From the NCBI RefSeq assembly GCF_000189295.2, contig NC_016803.1:2940001-2972000 (forward strand): a DNA stretch of 32,000 nt, in the 5' to 3' direction. A program made the position numbers and the translations under genes. The notes under the pieces were generated by a model. The model saw only the letters and a program-made list of their open reading frames with translations. It made no database searches and was not told the origin of the DNA. Source of the DNA: Pseudodesulfovibrio mercurii (GTDB taxonomy: Bacteria; Desulfobacterota; Desulfovibrionia; Desulfovibrionales; Desulfovibrionaceae). Position 1 is the stretch's first letter; every line of letters begins with the position of its first letter. Shown in pieces: positions 1 through 9,026 of this stretch.

Positions 1-105
1 CTGGGTCAGGGTCTGGTCGATGCGCAGGCCGACCTCCCGTCCGGGGACCATTTCCCCGGAGACGAGGTGCTGCTCGATGATCTTGCGGGTGATGTTCTTG
101 CCCAT
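1..105 (-). CDS. aconitate hydratase family protein, N-terminal 35 codons only (gene runs off the left edge)
   Basis: ATG at 105-103 with an AGGAGAG Shine-Dalgarno just upstream (rc of 109-115). Translation MGKNITRKIIEQHLVSGEMVPGREVGLRIDQTLTQ matches the conserved aconitase N-terminus. The frame is open to position 1. It is absent from the ORF track because it is truncated. Confidence 0.6.
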   Translation of the reverse strand, partial: MGKNITRKIIEQHLVSGEMVPGREVGLRIDQTLTQ

Positions 106-221
106 GCTCTCTCCTAGAATACGTTGGGTCTCTCTCCAAGCCGTCCGGGCGCGCGGTCGCCGGGTCTCTCACCTCCCGGACGCCCCCGGTACGGGGTCAT
201 CTGCTGCGATCGGCGCGGGGC

Positions 222-527
222 TCAGAACAGGAAGCCGTTCTTGACGCCTTCCGAGGGTTCCATGTCCGTGATGCCGAGTTTGATGCGGTGAATCTTGTTG
301 GTCCGGAACTGGATCTCCACGTCCAGGCGCAGCTTGTCCTGCTGGGCGCGGAAGATTTCCTCGTGGTGGTAGATGCCCGCCACGGGGTCCTCCGCGGCCA
401 TGAGGTCGCGCACGGCCCGCTTGGTCTTTTCCAGTTCCAGGGTCAGCTGGGCAACCTCCGCCTCAAGGACGTCGATGTCGTCGCTCAGCCGTTTCTCACC
501 GGATTTTGATTCGTCTGCGTGTGTCAT
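222..527 (-). CDS. hypothetical 101-aa protein with an N-terminal coiled coil; no family recognised
   Basis: ORF track entry with strong GC3 codon bias on this strand. Helical charged N-half (DIDVLEAEVAQLTLELEKTKRAVRDL) and a beta-like C-half ending GFLF. ATG 527-525 lies 32 nt inside the upstream gene (stop 498-496). The SD is weak, so translational coupling is plausible. Confidence 0.6.
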   Translation of the reverse strand: MTHADESKSGEKRLSDDIDVLEAEVAQLTLELEKTKRAVRDLMAAEDPVAGIYHHEEIFRAQQDKLRLDVEIQFRTNKIHRIKLGITDMEPSEGVKNGFLF

Positions 528-2304
528 CTTTCTGCTCGCGTTCCGGTTTGGGTTTCATCTTGCCCGTGGGCAGGGAGTTGTAGAAGTTCCAGAATTCCGG
601 CCAGGTGGCGGTCACCTCGCCGTGGTTTTCGAGGACGATGCCGGGCACGGCGAAGGCGGCCAGGGCGCAGCCCATGGACCAGAGCGGGTCCGGGCTGAAC
701 CAGGTGCCCTCCCAGCCGGGACGGCCGGGCTTGAGGGCGATGACGTCGCCGTCGATCTCGTAGCTCGCGCCCATGCGGTCCAGGAGCTCCACGGCCACGT
801 CGTTGTCCGCGCCGGAAAGGCGGGCGTCGCCCACCTTGAGGGCCAGAGCCAGGGCCATGGGCATGAGGTCCGGGGACGCGCCCAGGGGGATGTCGGCGGA
901 GGCGGGCAGCTCGCCCTCCATGGTGGCCACGATGTTCTCGGTGGCCACGTCGATGCGCAGGCCCAGGGCCTTGAGCTGGTCGAGCACGCGGTCGGCCTGC
1001 TCGTTCCGGGGCCAGGCCCCCTCGACGTTGATCCGGCCGCCGCTCAGGGCGGGCAGGGCCAGGAGCATGGCGTTCAGGGGCACGGACAGGGGCAACTGCG
1101 GCTGGGCTTCGATGACCGGGACGCCGTCGGACACGGAGACCGAGTCCTTGGCGAGGTCGGCCTTGATGGAGCAGGCCTTGAGCACGGCCACGGATTCGGC
1201 CACGCGGTCGCGGGCCTCGCGGGTCAGCCCCTTGATGGTCAGCCCGCCGGGGAAGGACCATGCGGCCAGGGTCAGGGCGGCCGCGAAATCCGGGTCCACG
1301 TTGCCGGGCAGGGTCACGGACTCGTCCATGGCTCCGCCGCACTCCAGGCGCACGGGCAGGCCGGGGTTGTTCGGGTTCATGGGCACCAACCGCGCGCCGA
1401 GCGACGGCAGGACCTTGTTCAGGGAGGCCGCGTCGAGCAGCTGCAGGGAGGGCTTGCCCGTGAACTTGCACCGCCCGGCGTGGCCCAGGGCCAGGCAGAG
1501 CAGCATGTAGAAATTGAACTTGTCCTCGCCCACGAAGACCATCTTGCCCTCGAATTCCAGGGTCCGGCCGCCGTCGTTGCGGATGAAGTCGTCGTCCCAG
1601 TGGATGGGCGCGTCGACCTGCTTGAGGGCCTTGGCCAGGTCCTTGTTCGGGGCGTTCATGGTCACCGGGGACAGGGTCGCGGACGCGCCGGAGGAGGCGG
1701 CCATGGCCAGCAGCATCCGGGTGTAGCGGAAGGAGCGCGGGCCCTTGAGTCCGGCCGAGATGGGCTCCACGCGCGGGGCGAGCTTGTAACCCTCGCCCTC
1801 GAACTTCTTGCGGGCGTCGGCCAGGGAAAATTGGTTGAGCAGGGTGAAGAGCTGTTTGGTCAGCTTGGCGTCCAGGCCCAGGCGGCCAGCCGAGCGGTCG
1901 AAGGCCGCGCGCAGCAGCTTTTCGAGCTGGGGGTCCACCAGGGATTTCTGCCGGGACTTGCGCCAGGCCCCTTCCTTGCGGATGAGGAAGGCGCGCTTTT
2001 CCAGCAGGCCCAGGATCTGGTCGTCGATTTCGGCGATGTCGTTGCAGCGCTGGCCGGTGACGATCTCGGCCTTGGACGGACCGTCGTCGTCCTGGACCGG
2101 GGGTTCGGGCCTGCGGCCGAAGAAGTCGCGGTTGTCGCGCCGGGGGCCGCGTCCGGGGCCGCGCTTGTCGAACTTGCGCGGGGGGCGGCGGTCGTCGCGT
2201 CGCGGGCGGTCCGCGCCGTTGCGGGGGGATTCGTCGGAGACGCCCTCGGCGTCCCTGCGGGGGCGGTCCTCCAGGGGACCGTCTTCTTTGCGGATCTTGA
2301 TCAT
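496..2304 (-). CDS. chorismate-mutase-like / EPSP-synthase-fold fusion protein with Arg-rich terminal tails
   Basis: ORF track, 602 aa, ATG 2304-2302. Residues ~85-165 resemble an AroQ chorismate mutase helix bundle (IAEIDDQILGLLEKRAFLIRKEG...QLFTLLNQFSL). Residues ~175-580 follow the enolpyruvyl-transferase/EPSPS pattern (LKGPRSFRYTRMLLAMAASSG, PRNEQADRVLDQLKALGL). The canonical PGSKS, LGNAGT and DHR motifs are not recognisable by eye. The first ~70 aa are Arg/Asp/Pro-rich low complexity. Confidence 0.7.
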   Translation of the reverse strand: MIKIRKEDGPLEDRPRRDAEGVSDESPRNGADRPRRDDRRPPRKFDKRGPGRGPRRDNRDFFGRRPEPPVQDDDGPSKAEIVTGQRCNDIAEIDDQILGLLEKRAFLIRKEGAWRKSRQKSLVDPQLEKLLRAAFDRSAGRLGLDAKLTKQLFTLLNQFSLADARKKFEGEGYKLAPRVEPISAGLKGPRSFRYTRMLLAMAASSGASATLSPVTMNAPNKDLAKALKQVDAPIHWDDDFIRNDGGRTLEFEGKMVFVGEDKFNFYMLLCLALGHAGRCKFTGKPSLQLLDAASLNKVLPSLGARLVPMNPNNPGLPVRLECGGAMDESVTLPGNVDPDFAAALTLAAWSFPGGLTIKGLTREARDRVAESVAVLKACSIKADLAKDSVSVSDGVPVIEAQPQLPLSVPLNAMLLALPALSGGRINVEGAWPRNEQADRVLDQLKALGLRIDVATENIVATMEGELPASADIPLGASPDLMPMALALALKVGDARLSGADNDVAVELLDRMGASYEIDGDVIALKPGRPGWEGTWFSPDPLWSMGCALAAFAVPGIVLENHGEVTATWPEFWNFYNSLPTGKMKPKPEREQKDDTRRRIKIR

Positions 2305-2539
2305 GTCTTGCCGTCTTCCTTATGTAGATTATGGTTCCCGCCTCGACGGGAAAGGCTTCTCTAGCCCGAAAGCGCGCGATATGCAAGACCCGGTTGACCG
2401 GCGCGCCCGAGCGGCCTTTAGGTTTCCACACTGGACAAGCCGGGCCGCAAGAGGCACATTGCAATGAGACGCTCCCGGTCCATCGGGCCCGGCCCGGCGT
2501 CGTTTCGCACTGCACTTCAATTCCATGGAGGTAATAGCC

Positions 2540-2980
2540 ATGAGGAAAGTACTGATAGCCGCGCTGCTGACGTGTTTCGTGGCCGCGGGCTACGGCTGCG
2601 CCGCCAACAAGGCCCAGCAGGGGGCCACCGTGGGCGGCCTGGCGGGCGCGACCATCGGCGCCCTGACGTTCAAGAACAAGCTCCTCGGCGCGGCCGTGGG
2701 CGCGGGCGTGGGCACGCTGGTCGGCTACATCGCGGGCAACGAGTGGGACAAGCGCGACGAGGCCGAGGTCCAGAAGACCCTGGAGACCGGCAGGTCCGAC
2801 GAACCCCATACCTGGACCAACCCGGACACCGGGGCCAGCTATGCCGCCACCCCGACCCCGCCGTACATGTCCGAGAACAAGGTCTACCGCGACGTGTACA
2901 TCAAGGACCAGAAGGACGGCGACACGATCATGGCCAAGGCCTGGCGCGACGACAAGGGCGTCTGGCACCTGAAGCAGTAG
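2540..2980 (+). CDS. glycine-zipper outer-membrane-type lipoprotein
   Basis: ATG 2540 sits 7 nt after a GGAGGT SD; the ORF-track start 2525 has no SD. Signal peptide MRKVLIAALLTCFVAAGYGC has a lipobox-like Cys. A Gly-zipper segment follows (GATVGGLAGATIGAL...GAAVGAGVGTLVGYIAG). Confidence 0.8.
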   Translation: MRKVLIAALLTCFVAAGYGCAANKAQQGATVGGLAGATIGALTFKNKLLGAAVGAGVGTLVGYIAGNEWDKRDEAEVQKTLETGRSDEPHTWTNPDTGASYAATPTPPYMSENKVYRDVYIKDQKDGDTIMAKAWRDDKGVWHLKQ

Positions 2981-3010
2981 CCGGTCCGACCGGAAACCGA
3001 CCGACCCCGA

Positions 3011-3038
3011 AGGGCCGCCAGCTGGCGGCCCTTTTTTT
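3011..3038 (+). terminator. rho-independent terminator of the lipoprotein gene
   Basis: AGGGCCGCCA/TGGCGGCCCT 10-bp GC stem followed by T7 (3032-3038), 31 nt after the stop codon. Confidence 0.85.
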
Positions 3039-3204
3039 GTCCTTCCGGCCGCCGCGCCCGCTCCTTTTCATTTTTTCCCCATCTTACTCATGGACGGGGA
3101 ATGTGAAGGATGCTACCTGACAATTGCGAATTTGAACAAATGACGCGGTGTTATCGCTGGCATTCGGCAATTAATTTTCATTTTTGTGATTCTGTGAGGG
3201 CCGT

Positions 3205-5889
3205 ATGGGGACATCGGACACATTGCAGTACAAGGATGTTGAAATTCCGGCAACTCTGGCCGGGCTGATCAACCACATGGCGGACGTGGAGGGCTATCGG
3301 GAGGAACTCCACAACCTCGGCAACCAGTGGGACTTGTTGACCATCCTTGGGCAAATGAGCGGGACCGGCACGGACATGACCGGCACCCGGCAGGGATTTT
3401 TACGGCTGACCTCGGAACTGCTCAGCCAGCTCGGCCTGGAGACCCTGAAAAAGACCACCCAGGAGCTCGCGGGCAAGGCCCAGGTGGCCGTGGACATCGT
3501 CATCCGCAACCTGTTCGAACGCACGGCGGATATCGGCTTCCTGGCCACGGACGACGACATCCGCGAGTTCCTGCGCACCGCCGCAGACCTGAACGGTCAA
3601 CTGGCCGAGGCCGCGCCCGGTTCGGAGGCGGAGCGCGAACTCGCGGACCTGCTCGCCGGGCACGTGGACCGGCTGGTGGCCCGATTCCGTGAGTATGTGG
3701 CCAAGTATACGGTTTATTTTAATATCATCCTCATGGACACCGAGGGAAACGTGCTGGCCCAGCTGGACCGGGACAACGACATCCGCCACTCCGCCGACCC
3801 CCTGGTGGCCGAGTCCCTGACCACCGCCGCCGAGTATGTGGAGGTCTTCCGCGAGAGCGACCTGCTCGCCGGGCGGGGGGATTCGCTCCTCTACGCCTAC
3901 CGCGTGGCCGAGACCAACGAGGCCGATTCGGCCCCGCTCGGCGTGCTCTGCCTCTGTTTCCGCTTCCAGAACGAGATGGAGGGGGTCTTCCGCAACCTGG
4001 GCAGCGAGGGCGACTGGTCGGTCATGACCCTGCTGGACAGGACCGGCCGGGTCATCGCCAGCAGCGACGCCTACCACGTGCCCCTGGGCGCGGTCCTGGA
4101 CTTCGACGTGGAGGCCAAGTTCACGATCACCCGCTTCGCCGGGCGGCAGTACCTGGCCAAGACCTGCGCCACCAAGGGGTACCAGGGCTTCTTCGGCCTG
4201 GGCTGGTACGGCCACGTGATGATCCCGCTGGAGCACGCCTTCAACCAGTCCGGGTCGGCCGGGCTGCGCCAGCAGGTGGACCAGGCCATCCTCGAGGCGG
4301 TCATGAACGACCCCCGGCTCTTTTCCGAAAAGCTCCGCTCCATCCCGGTCCAGGCCGAGAACATCCAGCGCGAGCTGGAGCGCACGGTCTGGAACGGCAA
4401 CGTCCGGGAGAGCGACGCCCAGAGCAAGGTCCTGCTGTGGAACATCTCGGACGCGGGCGCGCGGACCAAGATGGTCTTCGAGCAGTCCATCGGCAACCTG
4501 CACGAGACCGTGGTCTCCGGCATCCTCAACGACGTCGAGTTCCAGGCCGCCCTGGCCGTGGACATCATGGACCGCAACCTCTACGAGCGGGCCAACGACT
4601 GCCGATGGTGGGCCCTGACCTCGGCCTTCCGCAAGATTCTGTCCCAGCCCTCCATCTCCACCCTGGACGCCGAGACCATCGGGGCCATCCTCGGCTACAT
4701 CAACGGGCTGTACACGGTTTACGCCAACCTCTTCGTCTACGACGAGCGCGGCCGCATCCTGGCCGTGTCCGATCCGGGCGAGTCGCGCATCGTCGGCAAC
4801 GCCCTGTCCGACGACCTGAGCCGCGTGACCCTGTCCCTGAAGGGGTCCCAGGACTATGCGGTCTCGCCCTTCGAGGCCACCAGCCTCTACGGCGGGCGGC
4901 ACACCTACATCTACGGCGCGGCCATCACGGACATCGCGCGGCCCGAACGGGTGGTCGGCGGCATCGGCATCGTCTTCGACTCCGAGCCGCAGTTCCGGGA
5001 GATGCTTATGGACTCCCTGCCGCGCAGCGAGCGGGGCGACGTGCTCGAGGGGTGCTTCGGCGTGTTCGCCGACCGCAAGGGCAAGGTCATCAGCTGCACC
5101 AGCCCACGGTTCGAGGTGGGCGGGACCCTGGGCGTGGACACCGGCTTCTCCTGCCTAGCCCGGGGCGAGGGCGGCTCCCGGATCATCGAGTTCGACGGCT
5201 CCTACTACGCGGTCGGGGCCCGGTGCAGCGCGGGCTACCGCGAGTACAAGGTGGACGACGGCTACAAGAACGACGTCATCGCCATGGTCTTCGAGCCCCT
5301 GGCCGAGGTCTCGGAGCGGAGCCGGACCGTGGTCCGCCGCCGCGAGATCGGCATGGGCGTGAGCCACAAGCGGGCCACGGGCGCGGACTGCATCGAGCTG
5401 GCCACCTTCTACATCGGCGACAAGTGGCTGGGCATCAACGCGATCCACGTGGACGAGGCGGTCACCCCGAGCGGGCTGACCACCATGCCGGGCACGCCGG
5501 ACTACGTCATCGGCAAGTTCGTGCACAACGACGAGCTGATCACGGTCATCGACATCCGCACCCAGCTGCGCCTGCCCTCGGTCCGGTTCGACCCCAAGGC
5601 CCCCATCGTGGTGGTCCGGGCCGACAACGCCAACATCGGCATCGTGGTCGACGCCCTTGGCGAGATTCCGGAGATTTGCATGGACCGCGTGGACCGGGCC
5701 AGTTCGGTGCTGGATTCGCAGAAGGGGTACGTGGACTGCATCATCAAGCCCGAGCTGCACAGCGAGCAGAAGGATTTGCTGGTGGTCATCGATCCCACCC
5801 GGCTGGTCAAGGCCCTGATCTGCGGGCTCAAGGACGACGAGGCTGACGCAGGGCGGCCAAAGCCCCCCGCAGGGTCACCGCGCCGATGA
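3205..5889 (+). CDS. large cytoplasmic CheW-domain protein with a duplicated helical plus Cache/PAS-like sensor module
   Basis: ORF track, 894 aa, ATG 3205 with GTGAGGG SD. The C-terminal ~150 aa are CheW-like (IELATFYIGDKWLGINAIHVDEAV...IGIVVDALGEIPEI). The N-terminal ~700 aa contain two tandem similar modules, each starting DIxxRNLxERxxD (VDIVIRNLFERTADIGFLA and VDIMDRNLYERANDCRWWA). No hydrophobic TM segment was seen. Confidence 0.8.
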   Translation: MGTSDTLQYKDVEIPATLAGLINHMADVEGYREELHNLGNQWDLLTILGQMSGTGTDMTGTRQGFLRLTSELLSQLGLETLKKTTQELAGKAQVAVDIVIRNLFERTADIGFLATDDDIREFLRTAADLNGQLAEAAPGSEAERELADLLAGHVDRLVARFREYVAKYTVYFNIILMDTEGNVLAQLDRDNDIRHSADPLVAESLTTAAEYVEVFRESDLLAGRGDSLLYAYRVAETNEADSAPLGVLCLCFRFQNEMEGVFRNLGSEGDWSVMTLLDRTGRVIASSDAYHVPLGAVLDFDVEAKFTITRFAGRQYLAKTCATKGYQGFFGLGWYGHVMIPLEHAFNQSGSAGLRQQVDQAILEAVMNDPRLFSEKLRSIPVQAENIQRELERTVWNGNVRESDAQSKVLLWNISDAGARTKMVFEQSIGNLHETVVSGILNDVEFQAALAVDIMDRNLYERANDCRWWALTSAFRKILSQPSISTLDAETIGAILGYINGLYTVYANLFVYDERGRILAVSDPGESRIVGNALSDDLSRVTLSLKGSQDYAVSPFEATSLYGGRHTYIYGAAITDIARPERVVGGIGIVFDSEPQFREMLMDSLPRSERGDVLEGCFGVFADRKGKVISCTSPRFEVGGTLGVDTGFSCLARGEGGSRIIEFDGSYYAVGARCSAGYREYKVDDGYKNDVIAMVFEPLAEVSERSRTVVRRREIGMGVSHKRATGADCIELATFYIGDKWLGINAIHVDEAVTPSGLTTMPGTPDYVIGKFVHNDELITVIDIRTQLRLPSVRFDPKAPIVVVRADNANIGIVVDALGEIPEICMDRVDRASSVLDSQKGYVDCIIKPELHSEQKDLLVVIDPTRLVKALICGLKDDEADAGRPKPPAGSPRR

Positions 5890-6670
5890 CCAGAACCCCG
5901 CCCGCCACGGCCCACGGGCCGGGCAATTCGCCGTAGCCCACGGCCACGAACACGGGGTTGAGGATGGGTTCGAGCATCATGATCAGGATGGCCTCCAGGG
6001 CCCCGAGCCGTTTGATGGCCCAGGTGTACAGGGCCAGGGACACGCCCTGCTGGATCACGCCGAGGTAGAGCAGGCCGAGCCAGCCGCCGGGGGAGGGCGG
6101 CGCGCCGAACAGGAAGGGCAGCCCGGCCAGGGCGGTCAGGCCGTGCCCGAGGATGACCGACTCCACGGGCGAGGCGTCCTTCTGGGCGCGCATGCACAGG
6201 GTGAAGGCGGCGTAGGACAGCCCGGTGCCCACGGCCAGGAGGTTGCCCCACAGCCCGGTGGGCGAGAGCCGGTCCATGAAGAACAGGGCCATGCCGCCCA
6301 CGGTCACGGCGATGAACACCCAGTCGGACCGGCGCGTTTTTTCCCCGAGCAGCCAGGGCGCGAACAGGGCCACGTAGACCGGCGCGGTGTAGGCCAGCAG
6401 GATGGCGTTGGCCGAGGTGGTCAGCTTGGTGGCCGCCACGTTGGTGATCAGCAGCCCGGCATAGCCCAGGGCCGCCCCCCACTGCACGGCCGAGAAACGG
6501 AAGGTCAGCCGCCCCCGGAACAGCACGGCCAGCGTGGCTGCGGCCAGGCCGCTGCGCACCCCGGTGATGGCCATGGGATGCCACTGCACCAGCTTGATGG
6601 CCAGCCCCCCGGAGCTCCAGATGAGCGCCGTGGCCGCCATAAGCAGTATGGCCCTGGTCTTGTCGGTCAT
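5828..6670 (-). CDS. EamA/DMT-family transporter
   Basis: Only the distal 280 codons of ORF 5828..7558 are transporter-like: hydrophobic, with a two-EamA-half pattern. ATG 6670-6668 is preceded by an AAGGAA SD. The upstream part of the ORF is an Arg/Pro-rich shadow. Confidence 0.85.
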   Translation of the reverse strand: MTDKTRAILLMAATALIWSSGGLAIKLVQWHPMAITGVRSGLAAATLAVLFRGRLTFRFSAVQWGAALGYAGLLITNVAATKLTTSANAILLAYTAPVYVALFAPWLLGEKTRRSDWVFIAVTVGGMALFFMDRLSPTGLWGNLLAVGTGLSYAAFTLCMRAQKDASPVESVILGHGLTALAGLPFLFGAPPSPGGWLGLLYLGVIQQGVSLALYTWAIKRLGALEAILIMMLEPILNPVFVAVGYGELPGPWAVAGGVLVIGAVTLRGALAALRQPRRP

Positions 6671-6768
6671 GGTCGTTCCTTGGTGCAGGAAAAACCCGTG
6701 CGCGACAAGCGGGAAATGCAGGGAACCGACCGAAATCCTTTTTGAAGCGTCGGCTCGGTTGGACTCGG

Positions 6769-7365
6769 TCAGTAGGTCGTGGAGCGCGTCGCCTCGGTGT
6801 AGGGCGCGCCCGAGGCGTACAGGGCCAGGCGGTGCTCCATCTCTGCTGTGAGCTCCGCCGGGAATCCCTCGATCTTGCGCGCCTGTTCGATGAGTTGTCG
6901 CTCCAGGGAGGCGGCCTCGTCGAACCGGCCGTTGCGGGCAAGGGCGGCGGCGTGGGTGTCCAGCGTCCCCAGGTCGGCCGACAGGGAACAGGCCTTGCGG
7001 GAGAACTCCAGGGCCCGCTTGCCGTCCCGGACGGAGTCGTCGACGCAGGTGGCGAGAATCCAGGCCATGTTGCTGTAGGATTGATAGTCCCCGGGATTTA
7101 CGCGCACGGCCGAGGCGTAGCGGTCCAGGGCCTGACGCCACTGTCCCAGGTCCTGGTACGTGACGCCCATGTTGAACAGGGCCGAGGCGCGCACTCTGGG
7201 GGCCGGGTTTTGGTCCAGGCATTGCTCGTACAGCCGCAATTCCTCGGCCGGGTCGCCGTCGGGCGCGGTGGACAGGGCCTCGGCCTCCCGACATACCCGG
7301 GGGATGTCCTGAGCAACGGCCCAGGACGGCAACAGCAATGTCAGGCACAGGATCAATAGCTTCAT
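6769..7365 (-). CDS. secreted tetratricopeptide-repeat protein
   Basis: ATG 7365-7363 gives the signal peptide MKLLILCLTLLLPSWAVAQD. TPR-like repeats are present (ALFNMGVTYQDLGQWRQALDRYASAVRVNPGDYQSYSNMAWIL). The longer ORF-track start at 7509 is rejected. The SD is weak. Confidence 0.75.
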   Translation of the reverse strand: MKLLILCLTLLLPSWAVAQDIPRVCREAEALSTAPDGDPAEELRLYEQCLDQNPAPRVRASALFNMGVTYQDLGQWRQALDRYASAVRVNPGDYQSYSNMAWILATCVDDSVRDGKRALEFSRKACSLSADLGTLDTHAAALARNGRFDEAASLERQLIEQARKIEGFPAELTAEMEHRLALYASGAPYTEATRSTTY

Positions 7366-7557
7366 GGCGACCACGTCGAGTTGTGATGACCCGTTTTCCC
7401 AAGGGGATACCATCCCGCAGGCCCTCCCGGCAACACCCCAGGCCTTCCCGTCGCCACTCCCTTGAGCGATTCGGCCGCCGCTGGCGCGCGACAGCGGCCC
7501 TCGACGCATCGGGAGCCCGCATTCCGCGCCGCCGCCCGGTCGGCTTTCCGCCGACCA

Positions 7558-7592
7558 ACGAAAAGGGGAGGCTGCTCGCGCAACCTCCCCTT
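7558..7592 (-). terminator. rho-independent terminator of sat
   Basis: On the minus strand: AAGGGGAGG-loop-CCTCCCCTT followed by TTTTCG, about 30 nt after the sat stop (7625-7623). A second 7-bp hairpin, GGTCGGC/GCCGACC, lies at 7538-7556. Confidence 0.75.
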
Positions 7593-7622
7593 GAATGGTC
7601 AGTCGAAAACCGACCGGCGGAC

Positions 7623-8909
7623 TTACTTCATGTCCTGACCGGAAGCGGCCTTCTGCATTTTGACCTCGACCTTTTCGGTCAGGCCTTCGTAGTATTCGCG
7701 CAGGATGACCAGGACTTCGTCACGCCCGAAGTGATCCGGAACCTCGGCGCCTTCGGACAGGGCCTTGCGCAGCTTGGTGCCGGACAGGATGACGCGGTCT
7801 TCCTTGGTGTGCGGGCAGGTGCGCATGGAGGCCATGCCGTCGCACTTGTAGCAGTAGAAGGTCCAGTCGATCTTCATCGGCTGGCAGAGCAGGGCCTTGC
7901 CGGGCTCGGGGCAGGCTTCCTTGGCGTAGGGGATGCGATCGAAGATCTCCTGGGCCTCGAACAGGCCGTAGAAGTCGCCGACGCCGGCGTGGTCACGGCC
8001 GATCAGCATGTTGTTGATGCCGTAGTTCTGGCGGAAGGTGGCGTGCAGCAGACCTTCGCGGGGACCGGCGTAACGCATGTCGAGGGGGTAACCGGCGTTG
8101 ATGACGTTGTCGGCCACGAAGTAGCCGTCGATCAGGGTCTGGATGCACTTGATGCGCACGCTGCCCGGAATGTCGCCCGGCTTCAGGTTGCCGATCAGGG
8201 AGTGGATGACGCAGCCGTCACACACTTCGATGGCGATCTTGGCCAGGAACTCGTGGGAGCGGTGCATGGGGTTGCGCAGCTGGAGAGCGGCGACCTTGGA
8301 CCAGCCGCGTTTTTCCATCTCGGCGCGGATCTGGGCGGGGGTCAGGTAGACGCCCGGGAAACGCTTGGCGTAGTCGCCCTCGGACAGGACCTTGACGGGA
8401 CCGGCCAGGTTGTACTTGCCCTGAGCCATGACCATCTGGACGCCGGGGTGATCTTCCATGGCGACTTCCCAGAACTTGTCGTCGGCGGAATCTTCGCCCT
8501 GGCCCTTGTAGACCAGTTCGCATTCCCACTTCTTGTCGGCTTCGGTCATCTCGTACTTTTCTTCGATCTTCATGGTCGCGTAGACGATGCCGTCCTTGGC
8601 CTTCAGGGCCACCTCGTCACCAACCTTGACGTCATCGTCATTGGTGTCGAGGGTGATGGGGACGGGCCAGAAGGTGCCGTCGGCCATGAGGAACTTTTCG
8701 CAGACGCCGGCCCAGTCGGCCTTCTTCATGAAGCCGTTCAGCGGAGAGAAGCCGCCGATACCCATCATGATCAGGTCGCCCTTGGCGCGGTCGGAAATGT
8801 CGATGGTCTTCAGGCCAGCAGCCTTTTTGACTTCAGCTTCCAGCGCTGCGCCTTCGAGCAGACAGCAAACGAGACCTTTACCACCGTGAGGTGCTACGAG
8901 GTTGGACAT
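7623..8909 (-). CDS. sat: sulfate adenylyltransferase (ATP sulfurylase)
   Basis: 428 aa with ATP-sulfurylase motifs [11 protein letters not shown] and GRDHAGVG. Desulfovibrio-type N-terminus [21 protein letters not shown] 6 nt upstream of ATG 8909-8907. Confidence 0.97.
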   Translation of the reverse strand: MSNLVAPHGGKGLVCCLLEGAALEAEVKKAAGLKTIDISDRAKGDLIMMGIGGFSPLNGFMKKADWAGVCEKFLMADGTFWPVPITLDTNDDDVKVGDEVALKAKDGIVYATMKIEEKYEMTEADKKWECELVYKGQGEDSADDKFWEVAMEDHPGVQMVMAQGKYNLAGPVKVLSEGDYAKRFPGVYLTPAQIRAEMEKRGWSKVAALQLRNPMHRSHEFLAKIAIEVCDGCVIHSLIGNLKPGDIPGSVRIKCIQTLIDGYFVADNVINAGYPLDMRYAGPREGLLHATFRQNYGINNMLIGRDHAGVGDFYGLFEAQEIFDRIPYAKEACPEPGKALLCQPMKIDWTFYCYKCDGMASMRTCPHTKEDRVILSGTKLRKALSEGAEVPDHFGRDEVLVILREYYEGLTEKVEVKMQKAASGQDMK

Positions 8910-9026
8910 GTAAGCCTCCTAAATAGTTTGTCAGTGATTCCATTGCCTTAATTCATGGCGAGCCGCCTCGGCCGCTTGCAAAACCATGAGTAATTCCCAA
9001 TTATAGGGTCCGCCTTTATTGGCTGT

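Noticed and set aside
20-244. ORF 20..244 (+, 74 aa) at the left edge.
   Set aside because: It lies antisense to the aconitase N-terminus and runs through the intergenic hairpins. It has Arg/Ser/Pro-rich composition and no SD.
373-2968. Very long ORFs 373..2364 (+, 663 aa) and 524..2968 (-, 814 aa) overlapping the 602-aa gene.
   Set aside because: They are Gly/Ala/Val/His- or Arg/Pro-rich low-complexity translations, typical of off-frame or antisense shadows in high-GC DNA. The 496..2304 frame has recognisable domains and proper codon bias.
3158-3173. TGGCAT-TCGGC-AATTA upstream of the CheW-domain gene, considered as a sigma54 promoter.
   Set aside because: The -12 region lacks the GC dinucleotide at the required spacing.
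6671-7558. N-terminal extension of ORF 5828..7558 (576 aa), and the upstream part of ORF 6769..7509.
   Set aside because: The extensions are Arg/Pro/Gly-rich and overlap the TPR gene in another frame. The transporter-like sequence begins at ATG 6670 with an SD, and the TPR protein's signal peptide begins at ATG 7365.
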